From Hydrolagus colliei (lineage: Eukaryota): a DNA stretch of 64,000 bases. Under the pieces are notes generated by a model that did not search any database, was not told where the DNA came from, and saw nothing but the letters and a program-made list of their open reading frames with translations. Location of the stretch: contig CM068761.1 of assembly GCA_035084275.1 (NCBI GenBank), forward strand, positions 682,001 to 746,000, in the 5' to 3' direction. Both the position numbers and the translations under genes were made by a program. Below are positions 36,210 through 47,297 of this stretch, piece by piece (the stretch's first letter is position 1; the number at the start of each line of letters is the position of its first letter).

Positions 36210-36631
36210 TATGGCCAACTTTCTTTCCTTCTCTGCTGGAGGCCTGACTCTCACTGGAGTTACCGTCGAAGAGCATCAGCAAGCCTTCCACCTCAGCAGA
36301 CATTATTCATGTGTCAACCTTGACTGTGAGTATCAGCAGGCTGGTCAGTCATGATAGCCAAGACACACCCTCTTCTCATCTGAGCATGCAGATATTCCCG
36401 CAGGGATTACTCAGTAGGGATCAGATACACTGCACTGATGTTTTCTTTCCACTTTTTCTCACCCCCACCCCTCCCACCCCGAACCCCGTTGACTGAGTAA
36501 GATGAAGACTGATGGTAGCAACCTCAACTGAGATCAGCTAACTCGGCAAAGATTAGAGATTGCAACTGCGGCCTTCTGATCTGTATGGTGTAATGCTACA
36601 CAAGGTGATTCCTATTCCCACGAGGTCACTG
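36210..36631 (-). mobile_element. Near full-length LF-SINE-like element
   Basis: The reverse complement has, in LF-SINE order: ccatacagatcagaagg, gagttagctgatctcag, ctgatccctac, cagcctgctgatactcacagtcaagg, cacatgaataatg, gagtcaggcctccagcagagaagg..aagttgg. Confidence 0.75.
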
Positions 36632-38615
36632 TGGCAGCAGTGAATGAATGGTGTGTATCCTCACAATGTACATTTCATCAAAGTGAGCCTGGCAGCCTGC
36701 AATACTGTTATTACTGTGCTACAACACAGATGGGACTTCTTGTTAACAAGTCATATTTGCTGAAGGCATTTTCTATTTGACAAACGAATACAATTTCAAA
36801 AAGTCAAGGCTACATAATCCTCATTCTGTGCGACATTTCAAATTATTATTATTATTGCCGGGCTTTGAGAATGAATGAGAAACCCTGCAGAACAATAAAC
36901 TTTATACGATTTACTGCAGCAAATGTTGTGACTGACACTTTAAGGAGCCATCAACACTAATCACTGTTATAAAGCATAGGAAAACCACCCCTATTAAAGC
37001 ACACAGAAATTACCGTATCTTTTTGTAATTATTTTTATTTTTCTCCTTCCTTTTTAAGTGCAGAAAATTTCAGCGTTTATTTCCAGATCGCCAGCCCTTT
37101 TCCAATCAAGTCATTAATTCAGGCCACCTCTGCCTCTGATTTCAATAGGAGTGAAGGAAAGCCTGCCCTCCATTTCCTCTCCCAAATCTAATGAATTTTC
37201 CACATGTTGTTTGGAGCTTTTTTCCTAATTGTGGCTTTGATTTGATTTCGCTCATTCTGTAACTGCTTTAAGATGTTCTGCACATGACAGTCCATAGAAA
37301 TGTTTGCTGTATCAGGTCAACATTTCATTGCTTCTCTCTTACGTTATGGAGTACTGTATATGACCTGGATTATTGTTTGCAATTCACTCGTATTCTGTTT
37401 TTTTTGATGTTTGAAGCCATTGGATGGGCTTTATTTGTCTCCAGAGTATCTCTATACTAGCTAATAAGTAATCTTATTGAGTATGATATGCCTGTGCAAC
37501 ATTATGTACTTTGCCCTTAAATGTGAAACTTATCATCAGTGAAAAGCATTTAATAATTATGAATTTTAAATCAATAACTTTTTATAATTTTAGGGCATCT
37601 GGTAAAAATAATTTTCACACATGGTTTTACACATAGTGCAAAATCACCCCATTTCTCGATGAAAAGGGCTGCCAGACAAGGAGGTTGTCACATTTTTCAT
37701 TCTCGCTGAGCTCTGTGCTGTTTGGAGAAGCTTGTGACAGTGGAAGATAGACTGATGCAGTACATCTGCTGATGATTCAGTTTTAAATATATTTATTATC
37801 ATTTAACTTTGAAAGTTAATTGGGCTTTGTACTAGTGATGTTCAGGTCTGAACAATATAATGCTATCGCTTGGGGAAGAATATTCGCTTATCTTTTGCTA
37901 CTCGTGAAGTGTAGATTCTCCTTTAAGAAATATAGACTTGTTAAATTGCTTTTATTCTGGTTGTGGAGCAATAACTCTGCATCATTTAAAACCAGTAGAT
38001 TTTTATGGCATTTTATCTGCAGATGGAACTCCCTGTAAATCTTATGGGGGCTATAAAAGGGAAGGAGCTGGGTGTCATAACTTTGTGGCACATGGTAATT
38101 CTACTGATAGCAATATAAAATAGACAAAAAGAAACATGGGCCTTATCCCTAAATATCTGGGCTCTTGAAACCATGACAACTGAGGACATGTGGCTATGCC
38201 TTTCCACCTTCTGTAAACAGACCTTGTTTATAGGCAGTGTGTTGTATAAAGATAATACAATCCTCAGCATTGTCTGCCATTACATATACCCCGATAGCGG
38301 CTCAGAGGGACTGCTAGCATGAGATTGTGCTGTCTCGTCCAGGGTATTTCTTTGCCAGACAAGCTGAGACAAAGAAGTACTTCAAGCCCACACCGGATTC
38401 AAGCAATTTGTTTCCCAATACTGCGTCAGTTTGTCTTCAGCTTGGACCACTTCAAAAGTTGGTATGGTGGAGACGCGCAGTTGTGCAAGAGAGTACCTTT
38501 CCATCTCTGTAGAAGCATTCTTCATCTCTGTTGCCTCTGATGATGCCGCTAGTGTTCCTGTCCCTGACATTGGCTTGCTGAAATCAGCCTTTCAGTACAG
38601 GTTGTACCTTTTACC

Positions 38616-39060
38616 TAGGGTCCGTCGATATGGAAATTTTCCAATGTCGATATATCGGTGGGCTCATATCAATATATACCGATATACAACAACTTACAAC
38701 AACAACTTCCATTTATATAGCGCCCTCCACGCCGGATGGCGTCTCAGAGCGCTTAAATCGATATATCGATATCGCCGGGTTTTTTATACTGGGCATGCGT
38801 GCGCATTCCGATATGTGCGTGCATTCTGTGCTCTAGGCCCAGGAGGTTTGCAATGCTGGTGACAAGGTAAGTTGAAAAAGTTCGCTTTATACCGATATAA
38901 CCCATATATCGATATATCGCCGATCACGATATACCGATATTTGCGATATATCGATTTTTTAATACAGAATTTTTCAATATACCAATATATTTTAATTTCC
39001 AGTATCGGCATATCGATATGAAAAATTTTACCGATATAACCGATATATCGCCGGACACTA
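38616..39060. mobile_element. hAT-family MITE with 8-bp TSD
   Basis: TIRs TAGGGTCCGTCGATAT and rc TAGTGTCCGGCGATAT match 14/16. Flanks CTTTTACC (38608-15) and CTTTTAAC (39061-68). Many internal CGATAT/ATATCG motifs. Confidence 0.9.
38688..38756 (-). mobile_element. L2-type tail nested in the hAT MITE
   Basis: rc = aagcgctctgagacgccatccggcgtggagggcgctatataaatggaagttgttgttg. Confidence 0.85.
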
Positions 39061-40802
39061 CTTTTAACTCGTTGGCTTGTGTGGACCTTCTCAAAGTAAC
39101 AGTCAATAATGTTATAATTCAGCATCCATTTGAAACCACTCCCGAGTTTCCATGTGCAGTACTCAGTTTTTGTGTTGCCTCAGTGGTGTGGATACCATCA
39201 GACAGGGCAAATGGGCAGGTGTTCAGCACCCGCTCCATGCATGTACTTCACGCCTCTTACATTTTAACTCACTGCAGGATACTGTAATCACAAGATAGCA
39301 TAAAATGGTGATTTACTAAATCCTGGGATTTCTTTGGAGTCTTTTAAACTCACTCTATCACGTGTTCGATGCTTGGATCTGATATTGACCAGTTCTCAGA
39401 TTAGATTTTTGAGGAACGATGTGTCAATTACAGTAAGCGCAGGTGGAGCCCATTTTGATTTATTTTATCGACCCTCTTGTCAGTGAAATTAGTAAAAGGC
39501 TTGACTTGACAGGCCTGTACAAGGAAAAGTAATTAGAATTAAATTGAACTGAATATTTAATATGTGTATGTGAAACGGTATAGATTAGTTTTACTACATT
39601 AACTACTTAAAGTAAATGTACTGCTTTCCTGCCGTGGTGTCACAAAGAGCTGATTGATTAATTGTTGTTTTACTAATTGGTGATTTATTTTTGGGCTCTC
39701 CACTCGTTGTAGCTGAAACAGCGATAGCTGTAATTGCATGGGTGAAATTGGACATGATGCAAAGGAGCTACGGCACAGGCCAAACTGACAGTTCTGTCAG
39801 GAGAGGTTCTGAAACCACTGAAAAATTAGTATTTCTGTATCAGTCACTGTCTTGTTTTTACAGTTGCGTTGCTAACCTACGAGTTCAGTGTTTACATGAC
39901 TAACTGATGTCAATAATACAAATTTTAACTGTTAATTGTAATTCCATTTATCCATCTAGGGATGTCTAGGATTAACACAATCTGTCAAGCTAGACAAATA
40001 AATGTAGCGTGTCAGACAAGTTTCTATGGCAGTTTGCCATGTAGAGAGCCCTAGTCTTATATAAATCTGCATTGAGCTGTATGATCTGTACGAGATTTAG
40101 GGTCCTGGTCATTGTGATGGCTTCCTTAGCACACAATTTACGCGGCAATGATATAATAATACGGTTAGTGTGAGGTTGTTAGTTACAGGTTTGTCACTCA
40201 GTCCTGTGGTTCAAGTGACTTTATAAATGACTTGAGCTTTGCTCCTGTGGGTTAACATTAGCTGAACCTGATGATTGTGTTACAGCGGTGTAATATACTC
40301 CCAAACCAGTGATTAGTTATGTGATGTGCTTGGTAATTTTGCTAGATCAATATTTCCAACACGCAGAAATCAAAATTACTGGTTCTCGTGGATGGATAAC
40401 GCTCGATGGATAACTCGTTTTCCAGAATAAATGGAATCTTTCTTTGCTACATTGTGCAGTCACCATTAATTGTGTGTGGTCTTCAGTTGTGTGAACATAT
40501 GCAGTTGTTATAAAATATTACCCTTTTTACCATTATTTACCATCTAAATATCCCGCTGAAACGAAATTCAGCTGGCTTTGGAATCGCAGGAAAATGACAA
40601 TCGTGATTTTACACTGCAGCAGAGAGCGAGAAACAATTTAAAATTTCACACCATTCTGAACTCGGTTGTCTTTGGAACAAAGCCGTAACATTGCACCGGG
40701 CTGGCGATGCTTTAGTGTGACCATGTGAAACTAATGAGGATACGTTGCTGAAATCGGCTGAACTAATACTGCCACACACTCACAAACCCAGGCCAGGTCA
40801 CA

Positions 40803-40897
40803 AACTGAAACAAAAACAGAAATTGCTGCGAACACTCTGGTCAGTGGAGAGAGGAAAGTGAGTCAATGTTTCGGGTCTACGACCGTTTGTCAGAACC
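40803..40897 (-). mobile_element. Penelope-type terminal repeat half-copy with hammerhead remnant
   Basis: aaaacagaaattgctg..gtggagagagg..gtttcgggtctacgaccgtttgtcagaac. The rc core is CTGACAA-acGGTC-gta-GACCc-GAAAC. Confidence 0.65.
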
Positions 40898-41384
40898 CTA
40901 GCTGTTTAATTTGTATACTTTTTTTACTTGTATATGGATTATCTACTGCTCTGTACAAATCTTTTGTGTTCCTGGTGGAGCTGAGAAGTATCTGGAAAAA
41001 AATGTATGTGTGGCAAATTTTAATACACACAGTACCTGACCTTTTGAACAAATAAGGAGCTTTGTTCTTCAGGTTGAATTCAGGTTATTAATCTGATTAA
41101 TACTACATGAAGATTTGCTTAATACTTTGCAATCCTATTCGTGTTTTCCATCTTGTAAGCTGTATATTATCATCCATGTTATTGTTAAACACCAAGGAAT
41201 GGAAGTGAAGTGCCCAATGTTCATGTTGCAGTGATAACAAGCTGGGAAAATTTCACGAAAGCATTTCCTTTCATTGTATAAGTGAAGCCTCCCTTTCTCT
41301 AGGAATGAACTTGTCAAATTTAAATAATACCTTGAAACCCCAATTATAATTAATTTAAAATGAATTGGATCAGCGTGGAGAAAT

Positions 41385-41489
41385 ATATTTTGGCTACACA
41401 CACCGCATTACAGTATATCCTGTGAAGCGCTTTCAGACGTCCTCCCAAGCTGAAAGGCTCTATATTAAAAGTAAGGATTATTATTATTC
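41385..41489 (+). mobile_element. SINE 3' end
   Basis: tacagtatatcctgtgaagcgctttcagacgtcc..gaaaggc..aaggattattattatt. Confidence 0.75.
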
Positions 41490-42552
41490 CTATCTAAAAC
41501 ATTACTTGCATATGCTTTATTTAAAGTGACTAATTCAAATGTTGAGCTGAGTGTGTGCCGCATTGTTGAAGCTACCGTCCTCCAGATCCTCCCAGCCAAA
41601 CAAACCTAAAATAATTAAAATAACTTGTATTTGTATTCTGTCTTCAATGTTGAAACATCTCACAACACTTTATAGTAATTGCTGCCACATGTGGTAAGGT
41701 GTGGACATGTTTCCCAATATAAAGCCATAACCTTGATCAAGTGTGCCTGGGTGGGTGGGAACTGTTCAGCCTCTGTTGGGGGGATCAGTTTTTCACCATT
41801 TGCAAAGAAATCTGAGAGCAGAAGGAGGTGGGGGTGAGGGGGGATTGATGGATGGGCCTCGGGTCCTTTGTATCAAACCAGAAAATCCCAGAAGGCACTG
41901 CAACCTCTCACTTTGGGCTTGTACTACTGGCACAGCCAGTGTTTGACAACACATATTAAACACTTCTAGTGAAATATGAGGAGAGTGCATCAGCTGTATG
42001 CTGGGTGGGAATGAAATGCATTGGAACAGGGATTGTGTTTGCTTGTGTGATGCAAAAGTGCCCCCTACTGGAGAAGTTTCCTTGTAACTCAGGGAATCCT
42101 CTTCTTGGTAAGATGAAGAAATTGTGCTTTTCCCGACAGTTTGGGACTTCACTCCAGAATAAACCTTGGTCAACTAATTGGGCTGTGGTTCCAGATGTAT
42201 GTTATACCAGAGTTTTAAATCGTGAAGATAACAAGTTTGTTTCTGTTTGCAATCATGTTTTGAACTTGAAGTCACCACCGCCATTCAGACATTTTTTGAA
42301 GTGATCAGAACTCAAATGAAATCAATGTAAGCAGAGAGCCTCCCCCAGTAACCCACAGCTTCCCATAAAACCAGGATTCGCTGCTGACCTCCAACCTGGG
42401 ATTCAATTACAAAAGCCGCAATTCCCACAACTGGGCACTTCTGTATCCGGAGGCTCAGGAGATTAAATGCTCTCAGTGGAGAATTCAGGAAAAGTGACTG
42501 TTACTTTGCAGTTTATTGTCACGTGTATGTAAACAGACACTTTCTGCTCACT

Positions 42553-42750
42553 CAAAAACGCAAAATACCGCAGACACTAGAAATCTGAAACAACAACAGA
42601 AATGGCTAGGAATACGCAGTGGGTCAGGCAGCATCTATGGAGAGAGAGTTCTGACAAACGATCGTGGACCCAAAATGTCGACTCACTTTTCCTTATTCTC
42701 CATAGATGCTGCCTGACCCACTGAGTATTCCCAGCCATTTCTGTTTTTAC
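42553..42750. mobile_element. Palindromic Penelope-type terminal repeat
   Basis: 49-bp arms (42595-42643 and 42697-42745) with 2 mismatches flank ctgacaaacgatcgtggacccaaaatgtcgac. Confidence 0.75.
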
Positions 42751-43276
42751 TTTCTCCTCTCTGCTGTCCTTGTGAACTAATGCTCTTGCTGAAGAAGAGA
42801 AACACCGCTGTGTGAAGATTGTTAAATTAGGCTGTAAACTCTTGGGAGTTGTGTGATGTAAATGTATCTGGGCAGTGCTGTTGTGTGTTAAAAAACACTG
42901 AGTGCAATGAAAATCAATCTGTAATCCCTTAACACCCTCTACAGACCTGTGGGTACCCCTGATCTTAAAAGGTTCAGTAAATTTATACAACTTTTTCTCT
43001 GCTGAGCTCTGATATGATCCAGCCTGTGAAGTACAGTAGTACAGTATTTATGAGCCAGTTTCAAACTACAACAGTTGGTTTTATTGCCTGCTGGTCCTCA
43101 TTAGTAATTTTGTTGTTGTTGTTGGCACTGGCCATCATTAGTGTTTGTTGCACTGATTCAGTTGTGCAGATGCCGTTGACCAAAATTTGTCAGAAGAGGA
43201 GAAAATATCAGGAACGTAATGATATGAAATGTTTAAAGCTACTGGGGTCAGGATACCAAAAGATTACTTCTCGATA

Positions 43277-43590
43277 AGTTCCTTCCACGGAGTTTGGCCA
43301 CCCCCTGCCCTCGGTACCTTGATTAGGTGGCAGTGTATATGTCAGGCCAGACCGTGAGTGCTGGTGGCTGTTCAGCCATGGAGAGCCATCAGAATCTGGC
43401 CTTATCCTTTTCTCATCCAACATCCACACAGGTTCCACCAGGTTTGTTGGAAGTGATACAGAGAAGGAATGTTGTCTTATTTTTAAAGCTTTCCTCCCTC
43501 TCCCACCAGGGTCCCTGTTAGAGTTCAGTTGGCTCCGTACAAACCAGACCCAGAACCTGCGACTCCTGGTCAGTGCTCCACCGTGCCTGA
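43277..43590 (-). mobile_element. LF-SINE-like element
   Basis: rc includes gtggatgttggatgag..gaacagcc..cactcacggtctgg..aggtaccgagggc..ccgtggaa. Confidence 0.65.
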
Positions 43591-44914
43591 TAGATTTTTT
43601 AAATTTCAGTTTTTTTCAAGAAACTGATTGATTTTATGTATTTCTTTGGAGCCTAGCCTTTTCATATTGAGAAATGAATCTGAAGTAGAACACACAGCCT
43701 ACACAGAACATTTCAAGGTGTTAAAATTGTGTTTGATGATCTGAAACTAGCAGAATGTAAAGAACGTTGTTTGGTTTGCTGAGTATTGCTGTATTTTCAT
43801 TACAGAAAAGATTTCAACAAGTCAATTCTCACATTCCTTACTCTGCCCGTGTTCTCTGTTACACACCCAATCAGATCAACATAAACAGTGACAAATAATT
43901 GAATCATTTTACTTTGAGGTTGCTGCACCTCACTGTAGTTTTCTTTTTGTATAACTAAACACATATTTTATGTATACCCACAGATGTTGCCAACAAATTG
44001 CTTGAGACATATCCTCCAATCAGTCCCATGTCAAACTGTTCCTTAATTAGTCAGACATTGTAAACTGAAATGTTGAGTCTCCAGTCTGGTTCTTTGATAT
44101 TGATTTATTTCTATATTTAACACCAGTGTCTCATCTGAGAAAAGTTATGAAAGTATGGTAGGACATTCTGTGCATGAGGTTCATAGGAGCCTATGTTCAC
44201 ATTCCTCTTCTGTTGTATATCATACATCAGTCAACATCTGGAACTGATCACCAGTGCCCAGATTCTTACATTCTAAGAATTTAATTGCATTTGAAGTGCA
44301 CATCCTGGACACATTCTTATATTGGGGCTCCGGTACCGGGTTCATGTATGTTATACTCAGTCATGAAAATAAAGAACACAACCTCAGCTTGTATATTAAT
44401 TATGACTTCAAATCACGTTGCATTCACTTAATTGTGGAGTAAATACGGTTTTGTAAGTGCAACGAGCTCAAGGATTTCCACTTCAGAGAGTGGTTGAGGA
44501 AACCACTAACCTCTTAACACGAGTATGGCAATATCCCATTAGTCCAGGATGTGTCCCAGAGGTGATGAAACACAGCAGTGTGCTCTTACAGATATGAGGA
44601 GTCTCGTGACTTCTGTATTGATTTGTAGGAACCTCCCTGTTACGAATTGGAAAGCACCTCCTTGAAAAAGGAAAGACTCAATTGACACTGCCTGACCCGT
44701 GCTGAAGGATAGATGGATATCAACTTTTTAAAGAGATGCGGAGTGCTCATACAGCTCCACTTGTCTAAAGACACAGAAATAGCTAATGTCTAAGGTTGAA
44801 CACACGTCTAGGGACAATATCTAACCACTTTTCTCCTCGTCTCTCTTGAATGCAGCAATTCATGTTGGCAGTATAGTAACATGGGATATGGCAGTTCTCT
44901 GAAGCCTTTTCCAA

Positions 44915-45122
44915 GTGCTGATACTCAATATAAATACAGAAGTCGCTGGAAACATGCAGCAGATCGGGCAGCATCTATGGAGAGAGGAAAATAAGTTAAT
45001 ATTTCAGGTCAATGACCATTCTGTCAGAAGAGAAGAATTTTCCTCTCTTCATAGATGCCGTCTGACCTGATGCATGTTCCCAGTGACTTCTGTGATTATA
45101 CTAGATGCCCACCATCTGCAGT
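44915..45122. mobile_element. Palindromic Penelope-type terminal repeat (second copy)
   Basis: 57-bp arms (44936-44992 and 45037-45093) around tttcaggtcaatgaccattctgtcag, whose rc is CTGACAGAAtGGTCAtTGACCtGAAA. Confidence 0.75.
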
Positions 45123-45145
45123 ACTCTGCCTTTTAGAGCTTCTGT

Positions 45146-45495
45146 GGAGCTCCTGTGGCTTAGTGGTTAGAGCACTTGTCTTGCAAGCCGGGGAGACCAA
45201 GCTGGGAGACCTGTGTTCGAATCCAGGCAGGTCAGGGCGAAATCTTGGGCAAGTTTCATTACTCCAAGCGCCTAATAATAATCCGTCCAAAAAACCCACA
45301 ATAATAAAATTGGTCATTTCAATCCACGACTGTTTGTGGGACACTGCTGTGTGCAATTGGCTGCCGCGATTCACCCACAAATATACAGTCAATTCACTTT
45401 ACAGTATATTCTGTGAAGCGTTTTGGGACGTCGATAAAATGTGAAAAGCACTATATCAAATGCAAGGATTATTATTATATATTATATTATTATTT
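45146..45495 (+). mobile_element. Full-length tRNA-derived SINE with partial Deu domain and L2-type tail (resembles the chimaera SINE2 family)
   Basis: Pol III box A TGGCTTAGTGG (45156-66) and box B GTTCGAATCC (45215-24). The body is shared with more than 10 fragments in the window. (TTA)n tail. Confidence 0.92.
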
Positions 45496-47004
45496 TGCTT
45501 ATTCTCCTTGTTTGAGCTCAGTTACTGAGTGGCAACCAGCAAGCTGTTTGATCTTGAAGAGGGTAATCGTTGAGCCTCTTCCTGTCTTGACACACACATA
45601 CTTTCCATGAAGAGTTGCTCAATATATTCAGCTGTGAGAATCTTATCTAGCTGCCAAGATGGTTTAAAAGCTCAATTATCCAGGTTAAGGTTCATTTCAG
45701 GTCACTTAGTTTTCTATGTGATGATTACCCTACTGATTTTATACCTCACTTTTTACTGTCTGTATTCAGAGCCTTGATCATCTTTTATCTATTGCCTGTT
45801 CACTTTGTCTGGGCAATGCCAGCAATAGTTGGAATTCAGCCATTAGCTAAAATTGGAATTTAGAAGTGTTATGGTTTGCTAAAACGATTATTTTTTGTGT
45901 GTGAGTACAGTATTTGGATGTGTGTAAGTTTTCATGTGATTTACCTTGAAATTAAATCATTTCATTTGCACCTCATTTGCCCTAAGAAGATAGCTTTGTT
46001 GTAGTTTCGTTGAGTGGATGTGGACAAAAATGGAACCATCACAAATAGGCTGAATGGAAGCTTTTCACTTTGTGGGAATGGTACTGAGAGAACCTTTGGA
46101 TTTATTGCTGAAGGCCATTGTTGGTGCTCTCAGTTGGGATGCTTGAAAGTATGTTTTGAAAACAGCTAATTCTAAAGGCAAAAAGTTCAATAAGCCTCAG
46201 CAGTATCTTATTCCTTGGCATACAGCAATACGCTTGAATGAAGCGGTTACCACCAGATGTTAGATATGTGAAAGGCTCAGTTTGTTTTTCTGTTGAAGGC
46301 TGGGTTAGAAACTGAATTGAAGTGTTCTCAACAAATGTGAAAGCTTGAAAGAACAAATCAATTAAAATAGCTCCTTTTTTGTTGACCAAAGAAAAGTATT
46401 TAAATGCGACTCTGGAAACAGGACATTTTTGCCAAAGTTGTTGTTGGCTGCTTTCCTGGAAACCTTTTGTTGGCGAGCAGCCAGATTTATAGCAGATTTG
46501 TGCTGCCTTGTGAAGGGGTAAAGATGGAGAAATTTCAAGACCATACTTTCATCTTTCCTTTCAAGTTCACAAAGTTCCAACGTTATGCTTGAGAAACCAT
46601 TCTGTAGAGGTTACCAGTAGTTACCATTAACGCTACCATAATGCTAACATTAACTAGCAAAGGCTGGTTGGAAATCATGATTTTTTGGGGGGAGATAGGG
46701 GGAAAGAAGGACAGAACAATCCTAAAATGAGTTATTTATTAAAATCTGTTTTAACTGGAAGCTGAATCTTGACCTTGACATTCTGAACCTCAGTTAATGC
46801 AAAATTGGATTAACATGTTTCAGCTCAGCCGGAAGTCAAGCATTCTCTGAACATAAATACTAATAGTGTAAAAATCTCAGTCTGTTCCTCTGGCTACTAG
46901 GTCAGCAATACACTCCTCCACAATGAATCTACTCCACCTATCTTGGCTAGGCTTCCTTCCATAACAACCAAAAATACAGATTATATTTGGTGTTTAACCC
47001 CACT

Positions 47005-47297
47005 ACTAGTGGGACATCTCGCCTTACAAGCGAGAAGCCTGGGTTCATTTCCAGGCGGTGTGAAACCTTGAGCAAGTTTCCTTCCTCCACACACCTGATA
47101 ATAACCCTTCAAGAAAACCCCCCAATAATAAATTGGTCATTTCAATCTACAACTGTTTGTAGGACACTGCTGTGCGCAATATTGGCTGCCGCGTTTCGAC
47201 CACAAATATACAGTCAATTCAATTTACATTCTGTGAAGCGCTTTGAGACGTCTAGAAAATGTGAAAAGCGCTATATCAAATGCAAGTACAATTATTA
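47005..47297 (+). mobile_element. Near full-length SINE copy
   Basis: Degenerate box B gggttcatttcc; body and tail match the 45146 copy. Confidence 0.88.

Noticed and set aside
38616-39060. CRISPR-like array of CGATAT repeats; ORFs 38431-39287
   Set aside because: The repeats are irregular hexamers bounded by TIRs and a TSD, with no repeat-spacer periodicity. The ORFs are low-complexity read-through.
45146-45235. tRNA gene
   Set aside because: A and B boxes are present, but the sequence runs straight into the SINE body and tail, so it is a SINE head.
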